A stretch of 64,000 nt of DNA from Camelus dromedarius (taxonomy: Eukaryota): NCBI RefSeq assembly GCF_036321535.1, contig NC_087439.1, positions 12,834,001-12,898,000 of the forward strand. The letters run 5' to 3'. A program made the position numbers and the translations under genes. The notes beneath the pieces are model-generated. The model did not search any database, was not told the origin of the DNA, and was given only the letters and a program-made list of their open reading frames with translations. Each line of letters begins with the position of its first letter. The stretch's first letter is position 1. Positions 1 to 12,280 of this stretch are shown piece by piece.

Positions 1-400
1 CGGGTGCTCCAACTCCAGGGCACCATGTGCTCAAGGCCTTGCCCCAAGAAAAATGATGCCAAAGAGCTTCCTTCTCAGAGAGTCTGCCCTTTTATCCTAC
101 AATGAAAGCCTCCCATGGACTTCCCCTTATGAATCATTGGCCAGAACTGTGCCCACCCCAAGACCAATCCCTGGCAAAGAGAAATGGATTCTCCATTGAC
201 TTAGAATGATCATGATTCATACCTTGGAAGGTGGGGGTGGGGTGCTTGCTTCCTTCTCTGTGATCAAAGTGTCTCTGCCCATAAGAAGGAAGATGGAGAG
301 GACCATCTGCTGGATTGACTGTGAGCAACGTTTGCCATGCCTCCTAAGCACGCTGCCCTCCCTGCCTGCCTTCTGTCCACCTGTCTTACCTGCCACTCGT
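1..400 (-). mobile_element. MaLR LTR fragment (MLT1J/K/L-like)
   Basis: Diagnostic cattggccagaact and ccctggcaaagagaaatggat...gatcatgattcat blocks, the reverse complement of late MLT1 consensus motifs; boundaries approximate. Confidence 0.55.
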
Positions 401-504
401 GCCTCTGATCTTTGTTTTCTTCTAGAGGTCAAAATCCTAAGTTGATTGATAGTTCTAAAGGGTTAAGAGGCAGCCCTCTACAACATGTTTTCTTTGCTTT
501 ATTT

Positions 505-635
505 GCATATTCTATCTCCCTTAATAAAGCATAAAGCCTTGAAAAATGCAGATTGTATCATATTCATTTTTGTCTCTAGTACTGAGCACAAATCCTGGCT
601 GATGGCTTCTGTTCAAAATAAGTTTGTTAAATGAA
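505..635 (+). mobile_element. L2 LINE 3' end
   Basis: gcagattgtatcatattcatttttgtctctagtactgagcac...tttgttaaatgaa matches the L2 3' terminus pattern. Confidence 0.55.
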
Positions 636-2339
636 ACGACTGTCTAAGACCAGAAATCTAATGAGAAAATCATGCAGATTGAGGTAGAAATGAGGTTCTA
701 GTTCAATAAAGAACTTATAAATATAGAGTAGGAAAGTGTTTTATGGAAATGGCTGGTAGGTGGAAAATCAGATATTTAGCACCTAACTTGCTGTTGGTTT
801 GCAAAGTAATCTCTTTTGCACCTACAGGCAGCTTCTGCCTGGGAAGGGAGGAATGGCTGGTGGCTGGTGCCAGTCAGATGGGTCTAGAGCAAATGTGCAT
901 GTGTGTGAGCAGGTACTGAGTCAGGCAGGAATCTTCAATAGTCTGTAACCTGTAACTCTGGTCGAGTGCGTTGGTCTTTTTTCGCCTTTTAGCCTTGGGA
1001 CCTTGCCTTGTTTGTGTATGCTCCTCCCCTCCCAGCATACACACAGACAAGTTTAGTGTCATACTCATGTCTGTATTCCCTCCAAAAATAATGCTAGACC
1101 ATTGCACAGGAGAGCTCAGCGAACATTTGTGGCACTGAATTGGATTTCCTCAGGAGAGGAGGAAAACACAATGGTTCACCTGCATGGAGATTCTTCAGCC
1201 AGCTTTTGGAGGAGCCATTCAGCATTGCTTGAAACTTCAACTCTTATTACGTGGTACTTCTTTTTGTTTGGTTTTGTCTTTTCTACCCTCTCCACTGCTA
1301 ATTCCTTAAGCACTCCAGCATCTCTGGAGCCATGGGTGATGATTATTGCCTAGGATTGGAGAATCCTTTGAAAAGGCTTTTTTTGTTTTCTTCTTTTAAT
1401 CCCATAGGATGCAAGCAGTCAAGGCTGACATGCTTGTTAAGCCTGTTTCCTCACTCTCTGAATTGCTATATGCTACATGTTCTTGAGGATGAACTGTCAA
1501 AACCACATTCAAAACACAGTCAAAACCACACTCTGCACTTTCAGTCCAGTTCATTAGATTCCCTCCCACTTGGGACTCTTATGTGCGGGCAGATAAGTCA
1601 TTAACACCAATTTCCCCAAGAATGAAGGAGGTTGAAATCATGGTGTGACATATTTATTTGATGTACAGTGTGAATATTTTATAAGTTGCATGAGTCATTG
1701 GTGGATGGAATGTCTCAAGGTTTACGTTATTCTAGGTAAACGGGAAGAGGATGTCTGACTAATAGACCTCTCAGAGATCCAGATGGAGCTGAGAACAGTA
1801 GGCAAGTAAGAAGATGTCAAGCATGAGTGAGTCAGCAAGCTTTTCCATCCACTGCAACAGAGTCTAGGCTGGGTTCCTTACATGATTCATGAGCCAGGAC
1901 CACACATTCTTCTCTTTAGACGACCTCTTCCAAAAGATCAACAAAAATGAAGTACATCTGGGAATCGTCAATTAAATCTTTTTCAAATTTAATGTATATG
2001 TGTATATAAGGTAGTATTCAGTGAATACTTGAAAAATGTACGAATTGTTCATCCATACCTGTGCATGAACTGTATTCTTCACAGCTTTTGGTTTTTTCAT
2101 GTGCTCTTTAGGTTTTTCCATGTGCCAAGGCATCACTCAGGCAAGATCCCATGGAAGAAATGACAGAAAGACCTTTTGTTCGGAGCCTAGTGATATTTCT
2201 ACATTTCTAAAATCCAGCTAAAATCATTGATTCTGACAGTAATCCTGATATTAACCCCATATGCATTATTCTAGCTTTCTAAATATGTCTAGTGCTGAGA
2301 GGGTGGATTTGTCTGAGACGGACAAAATGTGAGCCACGT

Positions 2340-2560
2340 GTAAGAGAATGCTATTGTGAAACACACACCTGGATTCTAAAAACCTGACTCCTTCCCTAGT
2401 GAACTGACCTTGGCCAATGTATTTAGTCTCTGTGTCTCAGGTTCTATTATGTAATAAATTGGAGCATTACCACCTATATCTTAGCATTCATGTGAGGGTT
2501 AAATAAGGTCACACATATAAACAACATGATCTGGTAGAAGCTCAATGCGTGTCAGTTCTC
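2340..2560 (+). mobile_element. MIR SINE
   Basis: gaccttggccaatgtatttagtctctgtgtctcagg...gtgagggttaaataagg MIR core and tail. Confidence 0.65.
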
Positions 2561-3140
2561 TTCATTGTACCAGTAAGCTTTTAAAATGTTAACCTACGCG
2601 TAATAGGATGTTTTAATGGGACTCTCTTTGTCTCTATTTTGGCTGATACCCAAGACATTAGGCAACAACAACCCTCGTGTAACAAAGTGAGATGCTCTAT
2701 TGTTGAAGGACTTTAAAGGAAATTAAAGTCCATACGCCCCTTAGGCATGCTGGGGGATGTGGCTGAGATAGGAATACTCACCAGTTGCTTCTGAGATTTC
2801 CTTCATCCCTGGCCTCCTTGCGGGCAGGCGGGGCCCCAGGACTGTTCTGGTCAATAGGCTGTGAAGGGATGGGACACCTGTCCCTTCTAGGCCAAAGAGT
2901 AGAAGAGTGGGTGTGGCTTCTGCAGGCACTCTCTTCCCTAGTCTCGGTGGTCGAGGCTAAGCCACAAACCTGAAGTTGCCTGGAATGCCGGGTCACCTGG
3001 GGAAGAGCAGCCCTCGCCACATATCCAGATTCTCAGCAGGCTTTGCCTGAGAGCGGAGTAAAGTTTTGCTAAGCTGCTGACAATTGGTGGGTTAATTTGT
3101 GAATGCTGCCTAATCTGTCTACATAAAGGAGAAGCTGGAA

Positions 3141-3290
3141 GGGGAGAGGGTATAGCTCAGTGGTAGAGTGTGTGCCTAGCATGCACGAGGTCCTGGGTTC
3201 GATCCCCAGCACCTCCATTAAAGATAAATAAATAAAAACCTAATTACCTCCCCCAAATAAAAAATATATACATAATCAATTAAAAAAAAA
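3141..3290 (+). mobile_element. Camelid tRNA-Ala-derived SINE (Vic-1 type)
   Basis: tRNA-like head 3146-3217 with A box tagctcagtggt, AGC anticodon (3178-3180) and B box ggttcgatccc; followed by aaataaataaaaacctaattacctcccc and an A-rich tail; imperfect TSD aaaggagaagctggaa / aaaggaggtggtggaa (13/16). Confidence 0.9.
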
Positions 3291-4959
3291 GGAGGTGGTG
3301 GAAAGTCAGGAGAGGATTTCTTTGAGGAAGTTTTCAAGATGTTGGAGTACGTTCTTTCCATTGCTCTGATGGTGAAAGGTAGGTGGGTACTTCCCTTCCA
3401 CTTCTGCCTAGTGAGAGGGTATTCAGAGGGACCATGCAGAGAGTTGGACCTATTCATCTGGGGACCAGGAGGCACAGAGACTGCAGGATGCAGAGCAGGA
3501 AGTCTGAAGGTGAGATCTTGTGGCTCAGCTAGAGAATGGGCTGCTTTGGGAATCGGCTACACTTTCAAAGTTTGGGACAAAGATGGAGGAGACAAAGGGC
3601 AAGCCAAGTGGAAGAAAGCTGGCCTGGAGGTCCCTTATAAGGACTTGGCTCAAGCCCACCACTTGCAGGAGCATTAGGACCTAACAGGTAGCCTGTGTCT
3701 GGGGGGCTGCAGGGGCAGGGCTGAGGAGGGACCCCAAAATCAAGCAGTCGGAGGAGAAGAAGATGCCAACCACTGGGTTCTGAAATACCAAAAGGGCCCC
3801 AAGGTTAACCCTCTGCTACAGCTGGAAGTCATCCTTTCCTGCCCTTGAATTCTCCTCTGTCCTGTGCCTAGAGGAAGCAGAGGCATCCTCTTGAGTTGAA
3901 AAGAGAGGCCGATGCTCCAGGTGGGGAAATGAAGAATGTGGCTTTGACCCCCTCCTGGATGAAGGAGCAGCTTTGCTATTAAATGCATTTGAGAGTTCTA
4001 ACTCTTGCTTAGGACTGAATAGTTTTGTTATGAAAAAAAGATTGAGAGTCTAAAAGTAGAGGATTTTTTTTATACACAAGGATGACAGAAAACATATACA
4101 TTTTTGATTATAAAGAGGAATTTGTCCTACAGAGCAGGTTTGAAAGGACAGAGCAGAGGAACATGTGTGCTTTTTATTTTTCATTTTTGTTTTGCTGCAC
4201 TTCCTCTTTGAAAGATATGTGTTCACAAGCATCACAAATGATGCTGTTGATTACATTAACATCAAAACACTCAAAACAGAACAGCAACCTGAAATATGCA
4301 CTAGAGAGAGGTCTGTTCTTGAATTCCATCGCAGAGTATGACACTGTGTGTAACACACCATTCTTCTATCATAGAAAATAATCTCCTAAAATGGGATAGG
4401 ATCCTGGAGCCAAAGGTCCATGAACCTTCAGTACAATGTCTTAAAACATTTAAAACAGCAGTCTTAAAAAAAAATCTATTAATTGTAATGCAAAACTGCT
4501 TGATAGTTAGAGCTCAGAGAAACATTGACCAACAATTTTCCTAAATGCCTTTTATTGCCCGCAGGAACAGAAGGAGCGAAACTAGAGATTATACCTTACC
4601 AACGTGTTCCGTGAAGAAACAGGTAATTACATTTTTATCAACTGCACTTCTAGCCTTTTTTAAAATAGTGTGTTTTTATCCTCCTCTAAAATGTTTCCCC
4701 TTATCTATCGCTCCCCTGTAAGAGAAGCAAATAGCGTGGTGATAAAATCAGTAATTATGGACAATGTAGGTTCTGGGAGATTTTCATGGCTGGAGTCAGT
4801 GGGCAGCATTATTATCTGAGGCCGTCACACTGGGTTAAGTGTCCTTCAGGATGCATCTTCAGAGGATCTCAGCATGGTTTTCGTCTCATCAGTAGAGCCA
4901 AGTGGGAGGAAGTGCTGGGTCATGAGTAAATGAAGGGCTTTGAAAATGGCTTTGAAGAT

Positions 4960-5120
4960 GACAGCCCCCAAACCAGCCCCCACTCTACTTACTGCCTGAC
5001 GACTGTGCAATTTTGGGCAGGTCATTTAAGTTCCTTAAACTCCAGTTTCTTCCACAGGATAATACTGACAGTTACTCTGAAGTTTAAATGTAATATAATA
5101 CATATAAAACACGAATACAG
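4960..5120 (+). mobile_element. MIR fragment
   Basis: ttgggcaggtcatttaagttccttaaactccagtttcttc MIR core. Confidence 0.5.
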
Positions 5121-5796
5121 GACCAGGTAAATAGCATGAAAAAAACTAATAAAATAAAGAGACTTATTTCAGGATGAGGATACAATGACATGACCGAGAA
5201 TTATCAAAGAATGGATGCTGCTGAAAAGATAAAACAATAATGATGAAATGATAATGATAATGGGGTAACTGTTAAAGGAGACAATGAGAAAACAATGTAA
5301 AATTTATACAATTACAACAAAAGGGGCATATGGCCCAGGTCAAAGGTGTCCATTTTTCCTGTTTCAAATTGTTTCATAGCAATGAAACTCGATTTTAAAA
5401 TTCAGGGAAGAATGAATAACCCTTTAACCCATTTAGGACTATTCCTCCTACACTGATGTACGGAGAGCGCTTTGCACATTAGATGAGTCAACACAACCTG
5501 CTTTCGTCTGGCTTCCTAGTTGGAGTCGTCTTGGTTCGTGTCATAAGATTCTGGGAGGCTTTGCTGATTACCATCTTCCAGTTGTGTCATCGCTGCTGGA
5601 GCTGTATTTGTATTTGAAAGACCTTAGAAAGGGGTGGCCGTGCTTCTCTGAACATGAATTTTATTCTCCAGAGGTACTCCTGTTTCTATTAATACAGATA
5701 ACGTTTTAAATTTCTCTCTCTCTCCCCCCTTCCCCTCCTGCATACAAAGATGGCAGGGGATTTGATCTTTGATGAGAGATTGGCTGTTCTGACCCA

Positions 5797-6337
5797 TCGA
5801 AACGACTGTGAATCCGACAAAGCCAGCCCGCTGCCTGTTCCCTCCTGACCCCTGGGTCCCGGGTTTGTGTCTGGGGTCCTTACTTGCAGAGTCAGACCCT
5901 GCCTGCAGCTTTGAACCTGCTGTCAGGCGGCCCCAGGCTCAGAGCTCTGAGCATCCCCAGCGACAGCGGTGTGTGTAGGGAGGGGCTGGGCCGCTTGGTT
6001 GTCCTGTAAAGGCTGTCCAGCCTTTTGCTGGAGGAGATTTGCGGTGGAAGAAGAGAGCGGAGACACAAACGCCCGGCAACCCCAAGTGCTGATCTCCACG
6101 CGCGCCCCACGATGCCCCATCCAGCTGTTGTCTGGCTTCTGCATTATGCAGACCCTTCCTTTTCTCTGTCCTTCCTTAGACGAGGTGCCATCTGGCTTTC
6201 CCCTTTGGGTGTTATGTCTCAGACAGTGACAGTGACGAATAATAAACATAAACCATCCTTTCCTCCTGCCAGCGGCTTTGTAACGGCCAGAAAGTCACAT
6301 GTGTGGACGGATATACACGCGGTGCCCCCACCCCCGA
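5797..6337. promoter_or_regulatory. CpG-enriched TE-free segment, putative enhancer or weak CpG island
   Basis: 25 CpG counted by hand in ~540 bp against a CpG-depleted background; E-boxes (cagctg, catctg, cacatgtg); near-palindrome tctgcattatgcaga at 6138-6152. Confidence 0.4.
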
Positions 6338-6439
6338 CCCCTCATTTATCTGCTTTAGCCCCTGTTCTATTGCCCTGTGTTTATTGTCATCATTAGTAAC
6401 CTCCCAGAGGTTACAGACAGGACTCAGCTATTTTTCTTT

Positions 6440-7030
6440 GGTTTTCCTCCCATTATAAAGGGACCATGTCAATTTTAGACAATTTGGAAAATCTGAAAAC
6501 AAGTAAAATAAAACACTATTCTGAAATCCCACTGCTAAGAGGTCCTAGGTATTTATGTAATGTTGCGTTCCATCTTGGTTTGACCTGGTGCGTCTGCTAT
6601 GGTTGAAATCCTACTGCATGTCGAGTTTTATGTCTTGTTTTATTTCACTTAGCATTATGTTAGGAGCATTTCCTTATACCGATAAACATGTTTCTTCATA
6701 ACTTGAATGGCCAATAATATTCCACTGTATGGGTCTTTCTAATTTGTTTAACCTTCCCCTTGTTGTCCTGTGTAATTTTTCACTGTCGTGGACAATGCTG
6801 CAGTGAACATCTTTCCCCATAAATCTTTTTCGGCCTCACAGAGGTTGGGATACATAGTGCTAAAAGCTTTCCAGAGAACCTGTATCCACTTACAGTTCCT
6901 TCAGCCATATCTCAGAGTCCCTGTCGCATCAAACTTCCTCCATCGCCATGGAGTATCATATTTTACTGCCTATTTTAGGAAAAAATGACATTCTGCTGTT
7001 ATTTCAACATGCATTTTTTTGATAACAAAT
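6440..7030 (-). mobile_element. Old L1 (L1ME-like) 3' UTR fragment
   Basis: ttcacttagcattatg...aataatattccactgtatgg...aatgctgcagtgaacatc, typical antisense L1M 3' region. Confidence 0.7.
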
Positions 7031-7654
7031 AGAATCTGTATGGCTTGCTTTACTTATTCAGGGTACAAATGTGGTTATATTGTTCTAATTACCCCCAGAG
7101 CATGATTTAAGCATTTCTAGCCAATATTAACAGGAAGTTCAGGATGTCCTTCTTGAGACCTTCCAGCGACATCCCCATCCCTGCCTCACCTGAGAATCCA
7201 CAGGGTGGAATTTGTCTGCCTTCCAAATATTCGGGAATAAGGTCATTGGCGCTGCCAAGGTGTGGCTGGTGAGGTTCAAGCTCTCGTCCACGTGCCCCAC
7301 ATGCTCACTCAGTGTTTTCAAGCTCAGCTGTTCTGTCAGGTTGGCTTGGTTGAGGGTGAGGGTCATGTTGATGGCACTGTCCCCTGCCACCCCAAATATA
7401 GCCTGTGAGCTTCAGGGACCCTGTTGTGCCTGAGCCATCGGACGCCTCCCACCTTTTGGTGTCCTGAGCATCCTTTCCTTTCAGTGGACCTTAAGGGCCA
7501 GGAACACCCAGTCCAGCCAAGGTGCTGGTTGAGAATCTGGGAGCAGGGGGACAGGGCTGTGATCTCAGAAGGTTCTTGGGCTGCTAATGAAACTGATCCT
7601 TCCTTCCAAGAGATCTATCTACCAGGGGAGGGTAGCTTTTCCTAAAGCCTAGGT

Positions 7655-7890
7655 GTGAGAGTGTTCTCTGGGGTCTGACTGCTGGACTTGGAGTTCTGGC
7701 TTTACCATTTCTGAGCTGGGTAATCTTGGGCAATTTGCTTAATCTCTTTAAGACTCAATTTCCTCATCTGTGAAAGAGGGTTTATTTAAGTACCTTCCTC
7801 TTAGAATCTCTGTGAGGATTAAATGAGATAATACACTTGTGAAGTGTATAATGTAGCCCCTGGCACAAAGATACCCAGCGTAGGTTAGCC
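7655..7890 (+). mobile_element. MIR, near full length
   Basis: cttgggcaatttgcttaatctct...caatttcctcatctgtgaaa...gtgaggattaaatgagataatac. Confidence 0.85.
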
Positions 7891-8130
7891 ATAAAATTAT
7901 TATGCTATATAAAACTCAGAAGTTCCTATTATGCCCAAATGAAAGTTTTGTTACCAGGGGACATCCTCTCCATTATGTGGAGAACCTGCAGGAAATTTAT
8001 TTCTTGTTTTAAAGAAAAATCTGTCCTAAATCTGTTGATTAGTAAGGTTGAACATCCCCCCTTTTCCAACTTTGCTATGTTTGTTTCCTCTTTGGTGAAC
8101 TGTCAGTCAAGACCTTTCCTGTTTTCTGCT

Positions 8131-9607
8131 TTCTTTTTATTTTTTAATTAAACTTTTTATTTTGAGATAACTGTCTATTCACATGGAGTAATGCAAAGTA
8201 AGACGGAGAGAGTCCATGTAACCCTTATCTCAGGCTCCTGAGCATCTGTGCATGTGTATTTATTTATTTTTTCCAGTATCTTTCTCTCTGCTGTTTAGAT
8301 TGGATCCTTTCTGTTGTCCTGTCTTCAAGGTCACTAATTCTTTCTTCTGTCCTCTACATTCTGCTGTTTGAGTCCATCCAGTGATTTTTATCATTTCAAC
8401 TTTTGTATTTTCCAGTTCTAAAATTTCCATTTGGTGTTCTGTTTCTTTGCTAAGTCTTTCTACTTTATCATTTGTTCCAAATGTGTTCTTAATTATTCGT
8501 TGAAGCATTATATGATGGCTGATTTAAAATCCTTGTCAGATAATTCTAACATCTCTATGTGGATATTTATTATTTTCCCCATTCTAGCTGAAACTTTCTT
8601 AGTTCTTTGTATAATGAATGATTTTTGATTGAAATCTGAACATTTGGGGTATTATGTTATGGACCCTTTGTCTTAATTAGACCTTCTGTTTCAGCTGGTG
8701 TTTGTAGCATCGCTCCATCAGAGAAGGGGAGCCCACCCTCATTTCTGCCGGGTCAGGGTGGGAATACCAGTTCCTCTGCACCTTCTGTTGATCCCCGAGG
8801 GTGGGGCAAGAGAACTGACTCACCTTTAGGTCTTTATCCTCTCCTTGCCTGGGAGGGCAGAGATGCCTTGTCATTGCTCCCACATGGCCTCCACAGTGAG
8901 CGGCAGGGTGGCCTCATGATCAGTGGGTGATGGTTGAAGCCCCCACTCGATGCCAGGCCTCCTCTGATCCCCAGCGTGGTGCCTTGTCACTACTGGTAGG
9001 TGACTTACTTGGTGCTGCGTCACTGTGGACTTCCCACGTGGTCTCCATAAACTGGGAGTGGGGGACTGCGTGACTGCCCATTACATGCCGGTGACGACAG
9101 GCAACTGCTCTGCATGCCCTGCTCCCTACTCTGCCTCCTCTGACATCACCTGCTGAGAGAGTTCAGACTTCTTACAGACCAAAGAGGATGGATGTCTAAG
9201 CTCACCACCTGGCCTTCACTGGCATGGGTGGGGTCAGTTTTATCTGTGATGTTTGGCTGGAGGAGAGCATGATTGTCTGAAAGTCATCTGTCTTTCTGGG
9301 CTGCTTTTTGAATGGTCCTTTTATTAGGGACAGTAGGCTTTTGGAGGGGCTTTTTTTAGGTCTGTATTCATTGGCATTTCCAGGTTGCCAGTTTATTTAG
9401 CTCCAAGTCTGGGGTATGTACATGGGGCAAGGAAAAAACTAGGGGTCTCCCCACTGTGTCGTCCCTTAGGTTCAAGTTTCCTAGCTGGCCCGCTTTTCCC
9501 CTCCACGTTTCAGAATCTTCTTGTTTTGCTTTACATGTAATGTCCTGGGCTTTTAGTTGTAAGTAGTGGGAAGACCAGGGACACGTATGTTCCCCACAAG
9601 TGGAAGT
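8131..9607 (-). mobile_element. L1MC/L1MD-like element: 5' UTR plus ORF1 start, abutting a 3'-terminal fragment
   Basis: 3' tail aattaaactttttattttgagataa at 8131-8240; ORF1 coiled-coil peptide MEILELENTKVEM... (ORF 8260-8508, minus); L1M 5'-terminus motif gtcctgggcttttagttgt...ggaagt at ~9540-9607. Confidence 0.72.
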
Positions 9608-10371
9608 TTCTCTCTGTCTCCTTTAAAAAACTAAGTTTGCTTTATTGTTTTTCTTATAAACCTTTCACAAGTCAAATGTTAAAGATATCCACCTCCTGCT
9701 TGTCAGAATTGTGAAAACAAACAAACAACAACAAAAACTTTTCCCATTTATGGTTATTTGTATGCTTTTTCAAGACCTGTGCTACAGTCACTTAAAAACT
9801 CATATTGATGATAGTGGTGATGATGATGATAATGAAGCCGAAAATACAGGCTAAAATAAAGGGCTTAGGTATTTGACCAAACTGAGTTCTCCAAGCTATC
9901 TCCTGTTGCCATAGATAATTTTGAATTAGCTCCAGGGGAGTGAAGTCTTGGTAGCAGATTTAAGGTTTGGCATGTTCCTGTCCTCAAGTAAGAGCTGAGA
10001 CTTTCAGGGGACCAAGCAGGAGCGCCCTGGCCCCCAGCTGGGCTGAGGAAGTTCCTATCAGCCGTCCACGCTGGCTCTGCTGCCGAATCTTAATGATGCC
10101 TTAATGTCTTGGACTATCAGAGCTGCAATGAGAAGCTTGTCCCCTTGGCAAAATACTGGAGACCTGCCCTTTATCACTCCAATGCTGCAAAGTTGAGACC
10201 CTCCTGGAACTCAGTGACTTTGGGGACATTATATATGTAGCAATTCCATATACATTCCATATAAATCCTCCTGCTGGGCTTTCTGGTCCCTCCAATCAGG
10301 GGATACCCTCAGGAAAATTATGACCCTTGGGTTGACGGTGTTGGGTGATTCTACTCCATCTTCACCCTTCT

Positions 10372-10980
10372 TTCATTTATTCATTCATCACATCTTTCCC
10401 ATTGTTCATCCACTTATTAGAGTACAATGTTATTTTCAGGAGGCACAGGGGAAACACAAAGGAGAAACATCTTTTTTCCTGACAGGTTGATCGTGAGTAG
10501 GGACGACATGGACCATTCCATTTAAAGCCGTGATGGGAAGAAGCACAAGACTGCCTCAGAGTCCAGAGCAGACTAGGAATAGACAGTGAGGAGGGGCTTC
10601 CCAAGGAGTGTGACACATGAGCTGAGTCTTGTCGGGGAAAAGGAGTTAGCCAAGTTAAGGGGGAGCAGGCGTGCAAGGCTGCCCACTGCAGCAGAGGGGT
10701 GTGGTCCCAGGATGGTGGGACCATAGTGTGGGAAGCGCATGATGTGCAGGAGGTGAGCTGAGGGGTTGAGGGGTCTGGTGTTGCAGGGCTTTATTGTCAG
10801 GCTGCCGAGCCTAGATTTCAGGCTGAAGACACGATGCAACCATGGAAGGGGTTTTATGCAGAATAGTAGCACAATGCTCCAGAAAGCTCCCTCTGTCTTG
10901 TGGAAGAAAAATGGAATGGAGAAGGATGTGCCTTTGTCTTGAGTGTAATCAATGGCCACTCCAGTCTTGGAGGAATTCAG
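10372..10980 (-). mobile_element. L2 fragment including 3' end
   Basis: tcatttattcattcatc tail; gaggaggggcttcccaaggagtgtgacacatgagctgagtcttg antisense L2 3' region. Confidence 0.7.
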
Positions 10981-11706
10981 TATGTTCATTTGTGCTAAGA
11001 TATTAGTGACTTTCTATGACCCTAAGAGCATTATTTTTGTTGTTACTGTTGTAAATGAGGATTGGGAGAATGGAAGATGGCCTCAGTTTTGGGGTGAACC
11101 CTCAAACCATACCATATAGGTATACATTTGCTGAGGTTTGAGACTGGCTGGCCTTTCCTTCTCACAAACCACAAGTAACTGAGAGCTGTTACCATCAGAC
11201 GAATTCTTTTCCGTCCATCTTTCTAGGTAAATAACAAGAAGGGCCTTTATTGTGAGTTGTAAAGCTTGTCCTGAATGAGAAAGTGGCTGCTTTTCAATGC
11301 TTTGGAAAGATAGTAGGAGCTGATGATAAAAGAGAGGAAAATGAAGGCCACCTCCCATTCATTTCCTCCATTTGGATCAGGAACTATTAACATGTAAGTC
11401 AAACCTTGAAACATTCAAGCAAAAGTGGGAAAACAGGACAAAGGCTCTTTGAGGCATAACTAGTGTTTGAGGAGGGGTGGGAGGTCGGGGGGAATATCAC
11501 TGTCCCCAGGAAACAATATTGCTTTCATCAAAAGGAAAAAGAAGAAAAAAGTTCTCCAGTTTCCTATGTCCCGAGGCTGAGTTTAATTAAGGCAAGAAAG
11601 GGCAGAGAGAAGTGATAAATAAAACAAAACCTAGATCTGTAGGAAACTGCCCTAGAGAATTTAGGGGAGTGGAAGGCTGGTAATCATCGTTACATGAGGG
11701 ATGAGC

Positions 11707-11745
11707 GATGTCAAGGGTAGGGGATGTCAAGGGTAGGGGATGTCA
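11707..11745. repeat. Perfect 16-bp tandem duplication (gatgtcaagggtaggg x2.4)
   Basis: Read directly from the sequence. Confidence 0.95.
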
Positions 11746-12109
11746 TGTGGACAATATAATGGAGCACCAGATGGGAGGAGATAGTAAAACCCAGACACCT
11801 TTTATAATAGCAGAACGGGGATGCAGGGTGCAGGCACGAGTGCTGGTTCTTCGCAGTTTGACAGAACGGGTCCTTGATGTCTCCCTCTTCATCAACCTGT
11901 GTGATGAAACAAGTGGTACCCACAAGGTGATGCCCTTGGCCCAGGGCCACTTCAGTTTCACTGGAGTCATGAGAGAGGAACACTGAGTGATGTATGGTAA
12001 GGATCACACTTCAAATGATCTTGGGGAAAAGGCAATGTGGGCAAAAACATAACCAAAGGCATCTGGAGCAAACGAAAAGCCAAGTTTGTCAAATGCAGGA
12101 CGGCAGCCA

Positions 12110-12280
12110 CAGGGTTGGACTGGGTGACTTCGGGCAAGCCACAGTTTCACTATTCATGAGTCAGTAAAGGAATGTGGCTCAAGTGCACCTACCTCATTGC
12201 TAAGAGGGTTAAATGAGTTAATATGTGTAAGACACTTAAATAGCACCTGGCACCCAGAAAATGCAATGTATAAAAGTTTT
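12110..12280 (+). mobile_element. MIR fragment
   Basis: gtgacttcgggcaagcc...gagggttaaatgagttaatatgtgtaagacactt. Confidence 0.7.

Noticed and set aside
828-912. Plus-strand exon candidate (ctaac branch point, cctacag acceptor, cag|gtactg donor)
   Set aside because: Donor is mediocre, an intervening AG follows the branch point, and there is no supporting homology
900-1840. Three AP-1 (TGAGTCA) sites within 1 kb
   Set aside because: About ten such sites seen in the window, close to random expectation
3146-3217. tRNA-Ala(AGC) gene
   Set aside because: Continues into SINE body and A-rich tail with a TSD; two related copies occur in the window; no oligo-T terminator follows
7139-7390. Minus-strand ORF with a good donor CAG|GTGAGG at ~7198
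   Set aside because: No credible acceptor and no recognisable peptide
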